64,000 nucleotides of DNA from an uncultured Chloroflexia bacterium. Its GTDB lineage: Bacteria; Chloroflexota; Limnocylindria; Limnocylindrales; CSP1-4. Location: NCBI GenBank assembly GCA_963833225.1, contig CAWHXD010000006.1:96001-160000 (forward strand), written 5' to 3'. The translations under genes and the position numbers were made by a program. Under the pieces are notes generated by a model. That model searched no databases, was not told the DNA's origin, and saw only the letters and a list, made by a program, of their open reading frames with translations. This document shows, in pieces, positions 1-10,704 of this stretch (position 1 is its first letter; every line of letters starts with the position of its first letter).

Positions 1-98
1 CGATCGGCACCGGCCCCCCCTTTGCGGACTGGACGGTCGCGACCGCCAGCGCCCAATCGTTGCGGCGGCCGGAACGCGAACCTGGGCGGGCGCGGCGT

Positions 99-127
99 TT
101 GACGAGACCTCCTCCCGGCCATATCAT
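99..127 (+). promoter_or_regulatory. sigma70-type promoter of the rpmH operon
   Basis: TTGACG (99-104), 17 bp spacer, TATCAT (122-127), upstream of rpmH. Confidence 0.7.
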
Positions 128-241
128 CCCGCCCGACGAACACGCGCCGCCGCGCTTTCTGGCGCTCGGCGCGTTTGCGTGCCTCCAGGGGTCGGAGCTT
201 CCGGGTCCCAAGGCTGATGGAGAGGATCACGGACAGTCCCG

Positions 242-379
242 ATGGGCAAGCCGACATTCCAGCCCAAGAAGCGCCACCGCGCGAAGGAGCACGGGTTTCG
301 CGCCCGCATGAAGACGGCGGGCGGACGGCGTGTGCTCGCAAGCCGGCGCGCCAAGGGCCGGAAGGTGCTCTCGGCCTGA
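242..379 (+). CDS. rpmH: 50S ribosomal protein L34
   Basis: Translated by hand (below the ORF track cutoff): [45 protein letters not shown]; canonical position before rnpA. Confidence 0.97.
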   Translation: MGKPTFQPKKRHRAKEHGFRARMKTAGGRRVLASRRAKGRKVLSA

Positions 380-414
380 CCGACGGGCGCAGTCACAACC
401 CGCTGCGACTCGTC

Positions 415-750
415 ATGCTCTCCCGCCCGGGTGATTTCGCCCGGCTGGCGGAGGGAGGCGTCGCCAGGACGCACCCCCTGCTCGTCGGACGCTTCGTCCG
501 GACGAACCTTGACCAGACCCGGTTCGGGCTCGCAACCGGCAAACGGCTCGGAGGAGCCGTGATCCGGAACCGGGTCCGGCGCCGAATCAGGGAGGTGCTC
601 AGGGTGATGGCGCCCTCGTTCCAGCCCGGCTGGGACGTCCTCATCATCGCCCGGCCCGCGATCGTCGAGGCCGACCAGGACGCACTGGTCGGAGCATTAC
701 GCCGGGTCCTCCGCTCGGGAGGCGTGCTCGGAGGTCTGACAGGTTCGTGA
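415..750 (+). CDS. rnpA: RNase P protein component
   Basis: [25 protein letters not shown] (RNR motif); synteny; start approximate. Confidence 0.95.
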   Translation: MLSRPGDFARLAEGGVARTHPLLVGRFVRTNLDQTRFGLATGKRLGGAVIRNRVRRRIREVLRVMAPSFQPGWDVLIIARPAIVEADQDALVGALRRVLRSGGVLGGLTGS

Positions 751-965
751 GACGGCTGGGAGTCACGGTCGGGGTGGCATTGATCCACCTGTATCGGGCC
801 GTGTTCGCGTGGCTGCCGTCGAGCTGCCGGTTTGAACCTTCGTGTTCGCGCTACGCCGAGCAGGCGATCCAGAAATACGGGCTGCTGCGAGGTTCCTGGA
901 TGGGCGCCAAGCGCATCGGCCGCTGCCATCCCTGGAATCCGGGCGGCTATGATCCCGTCCCCTAA
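747..965 (+). CDS. yidD: membrane protein insertion efficiency factor
   Basis: [10 protein letters not shown] and [17 protein letters not shown] motifs. Confidence 0.96.
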   Translation: MRRLGVTVGVALIHLYRAVFAWLPSSCRFEPSCSRYAEQAIQKYGLLRGSWMGAKRIGRCHPWNPGGYDPVP

Positions 966-981
966 CGGATAGAAGAACCGC

Positions 982-2184
982 GTGACCCGCCTCGCACAGC
1001 TCCTCACCCGGCTGGCGCCGCTCCTGCTCCTGCTGGCCGTCGCGGTCATCGTGAGCGCCTGCGCCGCCGGGACGAACCCCGGGGCGTCCGGCGGTGCGTC
1101 ACCCAGCTTCTCGCAGGCGCCGCTCGCCCCGGCGCAGCTGAAGGCCAGCCCCTTTGATCTGCTCGCCTGGCTGTTCACGCCGATCTTCCAGACGCTGTTC
1201 ATCGCCCTGGTCCTGCTCGACAAGCTCACCTATCTGGTGTGGCCCGAGACCGGCAACATCGTGCTGGCGATCATCCTGCTCACCGTGGTTCTCAAGGTCC
1301 TGACCACCCCGATCACGAGGAAGCAGCTCATCTCCTCCCGGCAGACCCAGCTGCTGCAGCCGGAGATCAAGGAGATCCAGCGCAAATTCAAGGGTGACCG
1401 GGTCAAGGCGAACGAGGCGACCCAGCAGTTCTACAAGCAGCGCGGCATCAATCCGGCGGGAGGCTGCCTGCCCACCGTGCTCACCATGGGTCTCCTGATC
1501 CCGATGTACTCGGTGTTCAGCTCGGGCCTCACCAACCATGACATCCGCCCCATGCTCCACATCTTTGGCTTCGACCTCGCGTCGGTGCTCAACATCACCT
1601 GTGATGCGACACCCGTGTTCGATGCGGCGGGCCACGTCACCAACCCGTGCCTCAACCCATTCTTCCTCGGCATCGACTGGGGTCTGCCGGAGCCCGTCAC
1701 CACGGGCCTCGCGATCGCGGGATTCGGGATCAGCATCCTCGCGATCATGTCCTCGCTGGTGCAGCTCGTGGCCAGCCGCCAGATGCTGGCCCCGGTGGAC
1801 CCGCGGCTGGCCGATGACTCCAACGTCAAGGTGCAGCGCCAGATGGCCTACTTCCTGCCGCTGATCTCCATCCTCTATGGCGGCTTCCTGCCGGCCGGCC
1901 TGTTCCTCTACTGGATCGTGTCCTCGATCTTCCAGGTCGGCCAGCAGTTCCTGGTGTTGGGCTTCGGCGGTGCCTTCCCATTGTTCGGCTGGCACCCGGA
2001 GTTCGCGCGGAACCACACGCCGCGCTACCACGTGACGCTGCCGCAACCCAAGCCCATCGAACCCGGCAGCAAGAACAGCGCGGCGGACCGCGCACGAGCC
2101 CTCGACCGAGACCTTTCGGCCAAATCGACGATCAGGCCCAGGCCCAACCGACAGCGGAGCGGCCGACGCGGGAGGCGACGCTAG
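982..2184 (+). CDS. yidC: YidC/Oxa1 membrane protein insertase
   Basis: LQPEIKEIQRKFK, GINPAGGCLP, GLFLYWIVSS motifs; possible lipobox (VSAC); synteny. Confidence 0.95.
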   Translation: MTRLAQLLTRLAPLLLLLAVAVIVSACAAGTNPGASGGASPSFSQAPLAPAQLKASPFDLLAWLFTPIFQTLFIALVLLDKLTYLVWPETGNIVLAIILLTVVLKVLTTPITRKQLISSRQTQLLQPEIKEIQRKFKGDRVKANEATQQFYKQRGINPAGGCLPTVLTMGLLIPMYSVFSSGLTNHDIRPMLHIFGFDLASVLNITCDATPVFDAAGHVTNPCLNPFFLGIDWGLPEPVTTGLAIAGFGISILAIMSSLVQLVASRQMLAPVDPRLADDSNVKVQRQMAYFLPLISILYGGFLPAGLFLYWIVSSIFQVGQQFLVLGFGGAFPLFGWHPEFARNHTPRYHVTLPQPKPIEPGSKNSAADRARALDRDLSAKSTIRPRPNRQRSGRRGRRR

Positions 2185-2186
2185 TC

Positions 2187-3278
2187 ATGAGCGAGTACCA
2201 GGAATTCACCGGCAAGTCCGTCGAGGAGGCCATCAAGGCGGCCTGCGACCAGTTCGGGGTCGGCCTCGCAGACCTCGACTTCGAGATCCTGACGCCGGGC
2301 AGCCGCGGGGTGCTGGGTATGGGCGCCGAGCCCGCCCGCATCGTCGCCGCGCCTCGAAGCGCCCTTGGGGGTGCGGCACCGAAGCGCGAGGCGGCCGAGT
2401 CCAAGCCCCTGCCCACGCCGCCGCCCCGCGAAGATCGCGGTCCGCGCCGCGACTTCGGTGACCGCGATCGTGACCGCGGTCCGCGCCGCGACTTCGGCGA
2501 CCGACCCGCAGGCGACCGACCCGCAGGCGACCGACCCCCCCGCCGCGACGACCGTGGTCCGCGGAGTGATGACCGGCCTCCCCGCCGCGACGTCAGCGAC
2601 CGACCCGCAGGCGACCGGCCCCCCCGACGCGACGACCGGCCCCCCCGCCGCGATGACCGTGGCCCGCGGAGCGATGACCGTGGCCCGCGGAGCGATGACC
2701 GGCCGGGCCGTGGAGGCTCCGAGCTCACCGCGGCGGAAGTCGCCGCCGTGACCACGGCCCGTGGCTCGCTGGCCATGGAACGCGCCGAGCTCGAGGCCGC
2801 CGAGGCGACGCCTGAGGCACTCGCCGCCGGCAAGGAGATCCTCGAGACGGTCATGGGCCACCTTGGGTTCGATGGCGTGACCGTCGAGATCCGGGAGGGT
2901 GAGACGAGCCGGCTCAACGTCGTGGGCGACGGACCGGACCGCGAGGCCCTAGGCGCGCTGATCGGCCGCAAGGGCGAGCGCCTGTCGGCCCTGCAGCACC
3001 TCGTCAACCTGATGCTGTCGCGGCGGACCGGCCAATGGACCCGCGTCCTGGTGGACGTCGAGGACTACCGGGGCCGGCGCGAGCGCCAGCTCATCGACCT
3101 GGCCGCGCGTGCGGCGGAGCGGGTCGTCGAGACCGGCAAGATGCTCCAGTTGGAGCCGATGCCGGCCCTCGAGCGGCGCTGGATCCACCTCGCGCTGCGG
3201 GATAACGCGGGGGTCTCCACGCAGTCGATCGGCGAGGAGCCGAACCGGCGGGTCGTCGTCCTGCCCCGCAACCCGTAA
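2187..3278 (+). CDS. jag: Jag/KhpB (EloR) RNA-binding protein: Jag_N, KH and R3H domains
   Basis: FTGKSVEEAI N-terminus, LIGRKGERL KH motif, ERRWIH R3H motif. Confidence 0.93.
   Translation: MSEYQEFTGKSVEEAIKAACDQFGVGLADLDFEILTPGSRGVLGMGAEPARIVAAPRSALGGAAPKREAAESKPLPTPPPREDRGPRRDFGDRDRDRGPRRDFGDRPAGDRPAGDRPPRRDDRGPRSDDRPPRRDVSDRPAGDRPPRRDDRPPRRDDRGPRSDDRGPRSDDRPGRGGSELTAAEVAAVTTARGSLAMERAELEAAEATPEALAAGKEILETVMGHLGFDGVTVEIREGETSRLNVVGDGPDREALGALIGRKGERLSALQHLVNLMLSRRTGQWTRVLVDVEDYRGRRERQLIDLAARAAERVVETGKMLQLEPMPALERRWIHLALRDNAGVSTQSIGEEPNRRVVVLPRNP
2430..2705 (+). repeat. coding low-complexity repeats (DRPAG / DRPPRRD / DRGPRSD) in the Jag linker
   Basis: Tandem 15-nt CGACCGACCCGCAGG and 21-nt GATGACCGTGGCCCGCGGAGC units. 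Confidence 0.85.
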
Positions 3279-3382
3279 GCGGGCCTGAACGCCGCGGAGC
3301 CGCCGCGCCGAAGCGTGCCAAGGGGCTCGTTCAGGGCGCTCCCGCGACGATCCGCGTCCGCGCTGAACCTGAGATTGGCCCC

Positions 3383-5272
3383 ATGACCCTCGAACCCACC
3401 CCGGCGTCCCCCGCGCGCAGCGGCCGTTCGCTCCGCGTGAAGTTCGCTATGGCGTTCCTGCTGGGCGTCGCGATCGTCGTCGGCTCCGGCGGCGCCGGCC
3501 TTTACGTGTACGGGCAGCAGTACACCGGCAAGGTGCTGCCGGGCGTGCATGTCGGCAGCGCGGACCTCTCGGGCCTGACGCCGGAGGCGGCGCGGGCATC
3601 CATCGCCGATGCCTATGGGTCGCTTGGCGCGGGCGTCATCACGCTCGTCGGCCCCACAGGCGACCTGACCATTGGCTATGGCGAGATCGGGCGGCGTCCC
3701 GATACCGCGACCATGCTGGACGCTGCCCTCGGGGCGGGCCGACGCGGCGAGCCTGTGGCGGACTTGCTCAGTGCTCCCCAGATGGCGCTCCGCGGCGTGA
3801 GCATCGAAGCCGCGGTCATCTACGACCCCGGCAAGCTCGAGGCGGCCGTGGCCGCCGCCGCCGCAACGGTCGACCGTGGTGCCGTGGACGCGACGATCTC
3901 GATCGCCGATGACGGACGCTACGTCACCACCGAATCGATCCGGGGCCGCGTCGTCGATCGCCAGGCGCTGCTGGCTGCCCTGGACACGCAGCTGTCGAGG
4001 CTCGACGCGCCGGCCGAGATCCGGATGGACATCCCGTTCACGGCCAGCGCTCCAACCATCGAGACGGCTGATGTGGTCAATGCGGCCGCCGCCGCCGAGC
4101 GGATGGGGGCGGACCTCATCCTGGCTCGCGGCAGGGACAGCTGGACGATCCCGGGCAGGAAGCTGCGTCCCCTGATCACCTTCGCCACGACCGCCGACGG
4201 GAGCGTCGTTCCGGTGGTTGACGAAGCGGGCCTCGAACCGCTCCTCAAGCCCATCGCGAAGGCCGTCAACCAGCCCGCCGCAAACGCCGGGTTCCGCCTC
4301 AAGAGCAGCCACATCGTGGTTGGCAGCGCGGCCAGGGAGGGCCGCGAGCTCGACACCGATGCCACCCATGCGGTCGTGCTCCAGGCGCTCATGGCGCGCC
4401 AGGCCGGCGCCCCCGGCAGCTCGATCGAGCCGGTCGTCATCGCCAGCGACCCGGCCGTGACGGACGAGATCGCGGCCAGGATCGCGCCCCAGATGAAAGC
4501 GCTCAAGAAGGGGACCTGGACCACGTGGTTCCACATCTACGAGGGCAACGGCTTCGGCGCCAACATCTGGATCCCAGCCAGGCTCATCAACGGTTACGTC
4601 GTGGGCCCGGGCGAGACCTTCGACTTCTGGGACGCCGTGGGTTCGGTCACGCGGGAGAAGGGCTACAGGGACGGCGGGGCCATCATCGATGGCAAGACCG
4701 AGCCCCAGGGGGCGCTCGCGGGCGGCATCTGCTCCTGCTCCACGACGCTGTTCAACGCGGCGCTCCGGGCCGGCTACGAGATGGGCGCCAGGCGCAACCA
4801 CTACTACTCCATCGATCGCTATCCGGTCGGGCTTGATGCCACCGTGTTCATCTCCGGCGGGGGGTCCAAGCAGACCATGAGCTGGACCAATGACACCCAG
4901 TACCCGGTTCTCATCCGCGGCATCAACACCCGAAAGGGCAGCATCGGCTACGTGACCTTCCAGCTCTACAGCGTGCCGACCAAGCGAGTGGTGAAGATCA
5001 GCAGCCCGATCATCAAGAACCGGCACGCGGCACGCGATGTCGTCCAGTACACCTCGAGCCTCAAGCCGGGCCAGACGCAGCGCGTCGAGTACCCGGTCGG
5101 TGGCTTCGACGTGTGGCGCACCGTGAGCGTGTACGAGAACGGGAAGCTGATCCGTCGCAAGACCTACTTCTCGCACTACGCGACCGTCAACGGGCTCCTG
5201 CTCAAGGGCAAGGCCACCACGCCTCCCGCTCCCGATCCAACGCCAACGCCAACGCCAACGCCCGCTCCCTGA
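3383..5272 (+). CDS. VanW family protein with peptidoglycan-binding (PG_binding_4-like) regions
   Basis: N-terminal TM; INGYVVGPGETFDF, GGICSCSTTLFNAAL, YPVGLDATV; PT-rich tail. Confidence 0.85.
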   Translation: MTLEPTPASPARSGRSLRVKFAMAFLLGVAIVVGSGGAGLYVYGQQYTGKVLPGVHVGSADLSGLTPEAARASIADAYGSLGAGVITLVGPTGDLTIGYGEIGRRPDTATMLDAALGAGRRGEPVADLLSAPQMALRGVSIEAAVIYDPGKLEAAVAAAAATVDRGAVDATISIADDGRYVTTESIRGRVVDRQALLAALDTQLSRLDAPAEIRMDIPFTASAPTIETADVVNAAAAAERMGADLILARGRDSWTIPGRKLRPLITFATTADGSVVPVVDEAGLEPLLKPIAKAVNQPAANAGFRLKSSHIVVGSAAREGRELDTDATHAVVLQALMARQAGAPGSSIEPVVIASDPAVTDEIAARIAPQMKALKKGTWTTWFHIYEGNGFGANIWIPARLINGYVVGPGETFDFWDAVGSVTREKGYRDGGAIIDGKTEPQGALAGGICSCSTTLFNAALRAGYEMGARRNHYYSIDRYPVGLDATVFISGGGSKQTMSWTNDTQYPVLIRGINTRKGSIGYVTFQLYSVPTKRVVKISSPIIKNRHAARDVVQYTSSLKPGQTQRVEYPVGGFDVWRTVSVYENGKLIRRKTYFSHYATVNGLLLKGKATTPPAPDPTPTPTPTPAP

Positions 5273-5280
5273 GCCTTCGG

Positions 5281-6849
5281 GTGGTGGCAGCCGGGGCCGG
5301 ATCGCCGGGGTGGCAGCTGGGTACGATCTACCAGGTCTATCCCCGCTCGTTCGCTGATGGCGATGGCGACGGGATCGGCGACCTTCCCGGCCTGATGAGC
5401 CGCCTGGACCACCTCGCGCGGCTCGGCGTCGACGCGATCTGGCTGTCCCCGATCTTCCGCTCGCCGATGCGCGACTTCGGCTACGACGTCGCCGACTACC
5501 GTGACGTCGACCCCGTGTTCGGGACCCTCGCGGACGCCGACCGGCTGATCGACGAGGCGCACGCTCGCGGCATCAGGGTCGTGCTCGACTTTGTCGCCAA
5601 CCACACGTCGGCCCTCCACCCGTGGTTCCTCGACGCCCGGCTGTCGCGAGACGCACTCCACCGTGACTGGTACGTCTGGCGTGACCCGGCGCCCGATGGT
5701 GGCCCGCCCAACGATCTCGTCGCCCACTTCGGCGGATCCGCGTGGACCTTCGATCAGGTGACCGGCCAGTACTGGTACCACTCGTTCCTGCCCGAGCAGC
5801 CCGACCTCGACTGGCGCAACCCCGCGGTTCGAGCCGCGATGCTCGACACGCTCCACTTCTGGTTCCGGCGCGGCGTGGACGGGTTCCGGATCGACGTCGT
5901 GTGGATGATTGCCAAGGACGGCGCCCCATGGCAGGACGGGCGGATCGCCGCAACGCCCAGCGGCCTCGGAGGCGACCCGCGTGACGCGCTCGAGCACGGC
6001 GATGGCCCGGACATCGAGGAGTGCCTGCGGGAGCTTCGGGCCGTCGCGGAGGAATACCCGGGCCGCGTCCTGATCGGCGAGCTCTACATGGAGCCGGCAC
6101 GCGCGACCCGCTACTACGGCCGCGATGGGGACGGCCTGCAGCTCCCGCTCAACACGACCCTGATCACGACACCCTGGACTGCCCAGGCCGTGCGCCGGGC
6201 AATCGCGGCGTGCGAAGCCGCCATGCCCCCCTGTGCCTGGCCCACCTGGGTGATCGGCAACCACGACCAGAGCCGCGTTGCGACGCGTCTTGGCCCGGCC
6301 CAGGCGCGGGTTGCGGCGATGCTGCTGCTCACCCTGCGCGGCACGCCCTTCCTGTACAACGGGGATGAGCTGGGACTCCCGGATGTGCCCGTCGCGCCGT
6401 CGCAAGTGGTGGACCCGGACGGGCGCGACCCGCAGCGCTCACCGATGCCGTGGACGGCCGGGCGCCATGCCGGGTTCACCACCGGCGAGCCGTGGCTCCC
6501 GATGGTGGGAAACCCCGAAACCTGGAGCGCCGCCGCACAGGAGGCGGATCCGCACTCCATGCTGGCCCTCCACCGGCGCCTCCTCGATCTGCGGCGAGCC
6601 GAGCCCGCGCTGAGCCTCGGCTCATGGGCTGACGTCGAGGCGCCCGCCGGGGTGCTCGCCTACGACCGGGCGGCAGACGGGTCCACGTTCCGGATCCTGC
6701 TGAACCTCGGGCCAGGCGCCGTTGACGTGCCGCTCGCGGGAGCCTGGCGCGTCGTGGTCTCGACCGGTCGCGACCGGGAGGACGGGGACCCGGCCGACGG
6801 TCCCGTGCGGCTCATGGGCGACGAGGGCGTAGTGCTTCGCCGCGGTTGA
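5281..6849 (+). CDS. GH13 alpha-glucosidase / alpha-amylase family
   Basis: IYQVYPRSFAD, DFVANHTS, GVDGFRIDV, GE and NHD catalytic motifs; start approximate. Confidence 0.92.
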   Translation: MVAAGAGSPGWQLGTIYQVYPRSFADGDGDGIGDLPGLMSRLDHLARLGVDAIWLSPIFRSPMRDFGYDVADYRDVDPVFGTLADADRLIDEAHARGIRVVLDFVANHTSALHPWFLDARLSRDALHRDWYVWRDPAPDGGPPNDLVAHFGGSAWTFDQVTGQYWYHSFLPEQPDLDWRNPAVRAAMLDTLHFWFRRGVDGFRIDVVWMIAKDGAPWQDGRIAATPSGLGGDPRDALEHGDGPDIEECLRELRAVAEEYPGRVLIGELYMEPARATRYYGRDGDGLQLPLNTTLITTPWTAQAVRRAIAACEAAMPPCAWPTWVIGNHDQSRVATRLGPAQARVAAMLLLTLRGTPFLYNGDELGLPDVPVAPSQVVDPDGRDPQRSPMPWTAGRHAGFTTGEPWLPMVGNPETWSAAAQEADPHSMLALHRRLLDLRRAEPALSLGSWADVEAPAGVLAYDRAADGSTFRILLNLGPGAVDVPLAGAWRVVVSTGRDREDGDPADGPVRLMGDEGVVLRRG

Positions 6850-6883
6850 CACCCGGCTGGGGCGCGGGCGACACTCCGTCGCC

Positions 6884-7516
6884 GTGACCCTCGACCTGTA
6901 CCTCCGCGGCCTGGTGATCGGCGTGGCCGTGGCGTTTGCCCTCGGGCCCATCGGCCTGCTCGTGATCCGCCGCACGGTGGACCGGGGCTGGACGTACGGG
7001 CTTCTCTCAGGCCTCGGCGTGGCGACCACTGACGCGCTGTATGCGGCGATCGCCGCGTTCGGCCTGACGGCGGTCGGCAGCGTGCTGGTCGGCATCGATC
7101 GCCCGCTGGGCATCGGCGGCGGCGCGGTCCTCGTGGTTCTCGCCGTCCGATCACTGCGCACCGCCCGCCGCGACCTGCCTGCCGCGACCCTCCGCTCGGA
7201 TCGCAGCCGGCTCGACCACCCGCTCGCTGCCTGGGGGTCGATGGTCGCCCTGACGGCCACCAATCCCGCGACCATCCTGTCGTTCACCGCGCTGTTCGCG
7301 AGCATCGGGGCGGGGACCGGGGGTCCGGCGGGCGCCGCGTCCGTGGTCCTGGGCGTGTTTACGGGATCGGCGGCCTGGTGGGCGGTCCTGACCGGTTCGA
7401 TCGGCCTCCTCCGCGCTCGCCTGACTCCCCGGCTGGTCCGCTGGCTGAACATCCTCTCGGCGGCGGTGATCGGCGGGTTCGGCGCAGTCGCGATCGCCCT
7501 CGGTGTCGCCGGCTGA
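6884..7516 (+). CDS. LysE family translocator
   Basis: LGPIGLLVIRR, GLGVATTD, LTATNPATIL; hydrophobic; TTGACA-18-GACACT just upstream. Confidence 0.88.
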   Translation: MTLDLYLRGLVIGVAVAFALGPIGLLVIRRTVDRGWTYGLLSGLGVATTDALYAAIAAFGLTAVGSVLVGIDRPLGIGGGAVLVVLAVRSLRTARRDLPAATLRSDRSRLDHPLAAWGSMVALTATNPATILSFTALFASIGAGTGGPAGAASVVLGVFTGSAAWWAVLTGSIGLLRARLTPRLVRWLNILSAAVIGGFGAVAIALGVAG

Positions 7517-7557
7517 GACCGCCGCACGGATCGAGCGACTCGCCTTACGATCGCCCA

Positions 7558-8271
7558 ATGCCCCCGAGAGGACGCCTTCCCGCTGCTGCCGTGTTCGACT
7601 GGGACGGCACGCTCGTCGATACGCTGGCCATGATCTATCGCGCAAACGTGGCGGCGATGGGCCATTTCGGGATCACGATGTCGCGCGAGTGGTTCCGGGT
7701 GCGGTACACGCCGGACTGGCGCCAGGGCTACCGGGAGCTCGGCGTCCCCGAGTCGCTGTGGACCGAGATGTCTGACCGCTGGGCGATGGAGATGGCACGG
7801 ATGCGACCACGAGCCATGCCCTGGGCGCGGGGCGCGCTGCGTGACCTGAAGGCGAGCGGGATCCGGCTGGGCCTGGTGACGGCCTCGACCCGCGCGGTCG
7901 TCGAGCCCAATCTCGAGCGGCTCAACCTGGCGGGCACGTTCGAGAGCGCGTGGTATGCGGACGATGTCGAGCACTCCAAGCCGCACCCCGAGGCCCTGCT
8001 CCGGGCGCTCGAGGAGCTGGCGGTCGAGGCGGCGGACACGGTCTACGTGGGCGACACGACGGTGGATCTCGAGATGGCCGTTCGCGCGGGTACCTCGTTC
8101 GCGGCCGTGGGCGTCACGACACTCGAGGCCGCGTTCCGCGAAGCCGGGGTCAAACGCGTGTGGCCCGGGGTTGGCGCGTGGGCCGACGATCTGCTGGGGC
8201 GACCGGCCCGGCGAAGAGGTCCGAGCGGCACGGCCGCGCCAGGGTCCCGATCGGTACGATCGGGGGCATGA
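7558..8271 (+). CDS. HAD-family hydrolase
   Basis: FDWDGTL, KPHPE, YVGD motifs. Confidence 0.9.
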   Translation: MPPRGRLPAAAVFDWDGTLVDTLAMIYRANVAAMGHFGITMSREWFRVRYTPDWRQGYRELGVPESLWTEMSDRWAMEMARMRPRAMPWARGALRDLKASGIRLGLVTASTRAVVEPNLERLNLAGTFESAWYADDVEHSKPHPEALLRALEELAVEAADTVYVGDTTVDLEMAVRAGTSFAAVGVTTLEAAFREAGVKRVWPGVGAWADDLLGRPARRRGPSGTAAPGSRSVRSGA

Positions 8272-10620
8272 CCCCGATCCTCGACTCGTTCGACGCGGCC
8301 GCGCGCCGGGTGATGCTGCCCGCCACCGTCATCGGGCTCATCGCGGGCATTGCCGCGACCCTTGCCGGCAGCGATGGCGTGGCCTGGTGGTGCTGGACCG
8401 TCCCGGCGGCGATCGTCGGGTTGTGGCTGCTGGTCTCGATCATCCGTGACCTGTTCCGGGGGGAGGCGGGCGTCGACGTCATCGCCGTCCTCGCGATCGC
8501 TGGCGCGCTGCTGTTCGGCGAGTCGCTCGCCGCGGCGGTGATCGCCGTCATGCTCGCGACCGGTGACGCGCTGGAACGCTACGCCGACGGCCGAGCACAC
8601 CGCGAGCTCTCAGCGCTGGTCTCCCGGGCGCCCCGCACGGTGCACCGCCACGAGGACGGCACGATCCGGGACCACCCGATCGCGGACGTCGTGGTTGGCG
8701 ACCGTCTCCTCATCAAGCCCGGCGAGGTCGTGCCGGTGGATGGCACGGTCGCCGGGGTCTCGGCGACGATGGACGAGTCCGCCCTCACCGGGGAGTCCCG
8801 GCTGGCCATCCGCGAGGCCCACGATGCTGTCAACTCCGGCACGGTGAACGCCGGGGCACCGTTCGACCTGGTCGCCACGGCGACCGCCGAACGGAGCACC
8901 TACGCGGGCATCGTCCGGCTGGTCCAGGAGGCCCAGTCGTCCAAGGCGCCGTTCGTCCGGCTGGCCGACCGGTACGCGCTCCTGTTCGTGCCGCTCACCC
9001 TCGCTGATCGCCGGCTTCGCCTGGGCCGGTGTCTGGCGATCCGGTTCGCGCCCTGGCCGTGCATCGTGGTGGCGACGCCGTGCCCGCTGCTGCTGGCGGC
9101 ACCGATCGCGATCGTCGCCGGGATCAGCCGGTCGGCGCGGCGCGGCATCATCGTCAAGGGCGGTGGCGCGCTGGAGGCGATCGCCCGGGCGCGCGTCCTG
9201 CTGTTCGACAAGACCGGGACGCTGACCGCGGGCAGGCCCCACCTGGCCGACGTGGCGGTGGCGCCGGGTCGGACGCCCGAGGAGGTTCTCCGGTTTGCCG
9301 CCTCGCTCGAGCAGGTCTCGCCACATGTGCTCGCCGCCTCGATCGTCGCCGGCGCCCGGGCGCGCGAGGTGACCCTCGTCCTGCCCGAGACGGCCGAGGA
9401 GATCCCAGGCGCGGGGATCACCGGGCGCGTTGGCGGCTCGGCGGTGCTCGTCGGGACGGTGGGAGTTCGCGACCGGCGGGTCCGCGCTTCCCGCCTGGGC
9501 ACGCGACGTGCGCCGCCGGGTGACGCTCGAGGGTGCGACGGGCGTCTATGTGAGCGTTGACGGCGCCCTCGTCGGCGCCCTCGTTCTCGATGACCCGATC
9601 CGGCCGGAGACCCCGCGCGTGATCCGCTCGCTGCGTCGAGCGGGCGTGGCGCGGATCGTGATGGTCACCGGCGACCACTACGGTGTCGCGGACATGGTGG
9701 CGGCCGCGATCGGCGTCGACGCGGTGCTCGCGGAGCGCACGCCAGTGGACAAGGTCGACGCGGTGGCCGAGGAGAAGGCGCAGGCGGACGGCATCCTGGT
9801 GATGATCGGCGACGGGATCAACGATGCCCCGGCGCTCGCGGCAGCCGACGTCGGGGTGGCGATGGGTGCCCGGGGCGCCACGGCGAGCTCGGAGGCCGCG
9901 GATCTCGTGATCACCGTGGACCGCCTCGACCGACTTCCAGAGGCGATCCGGATCGCTCGCCGGGCGCGCACCATCGCGCTCCAGAGCGTGATCGCCGGAA
10001 TGGCGATGTCGATCGTGGCCATGCTGGTCGCGACCACCGGGGTCCTGCCGCCCGTCTGGGGAGCCCTGCTCCAGGAGGCCATCGACGTCATCGTCATCGT
10101 CAACGCCCTCCGCGCGTTGACGGGGGGCATGGAGAAGACGCCGCGGGTGGCGGGCTGGGCCAACCTCTCCGAGCGACTGCGGGCCGAGCACCGCGACCTG
10201 GCGCCCCCGCTGGCGCGGATCCGGCCGCTCGCGGACGGGCTGGGCACGATGCGCCCGGCCGATGCCCTGCGCGACCTGCGCCGGACCCGGGACTTCCTGG
10301 TGGAAACCCTGATGCCCCACGAGGAAGCCGAGGACCGCGAGGTGTTCCCGCTGCTGGCCCGGGCGGTCGGGAACGACGACGTGACGGCGGCCCTCCACCG
10401 GACGCACACCGAGATCTTCCACCTGGTCCGCTTCACGGAACGACTGGTGGCGGAGATGCCCGAGGAAGGCCCCGGACCGGAGGACCTGACCGACCTGCGG
10501 CGCGTGCTCTACGGGCTCGACGCGATCCTGCGCCTCCACATGGCCCAGGAGGAGGAGCTGTACCTGGCGCTCGGCGACGAGCATCCTGAAGCCGCCGAGC
10601 CGGTCCTCCAGCGGGCCTGA
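8268..10620 (+). CDS. heavy-metal P1B-type ATPase (P1B-5-like) with C-terminal hemerythrin domain; apparent frameshifts at ~9005-9060 and ~9465
   Basis: TGES, ATPCPL, DKTGT, GDGIND, QEAID; C-terminal EH...HEEAED...H...HMAQEEE hemerythrin pattern; split over ORFs 7950-9560 and 9430-10620. Confidence 0.88.
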
Positions 10621-10704
10621 GCGGCCACCCTGGACGCGCGGGGCGAAGCCGCCGCCTGCGACGCGGTGGCGTCCTGCGACGCGGTGGCGTCCCCGCGGGA
10701 GGGC

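Noticed and set aside
1-241. oriC upstream of rpmH
   Set aside because: No DnaA boxes (TTATCCACA) or AT-rich unwinding element are visible; the origin may lie outside the window.
3065-5176. Long antisense and alternative-frame ORFs here and throughout the window
   Set aside because: Expected shadow ORFs in very GC-rich DNA; they overlap well-supported genes and lack motifs.
9000-9480. Split P-type ATPase as two genes or a pseudogene
   Set aside because: The frames rejoin into a complete P1B ATPase; probably sequencing indels, as at ~63640.
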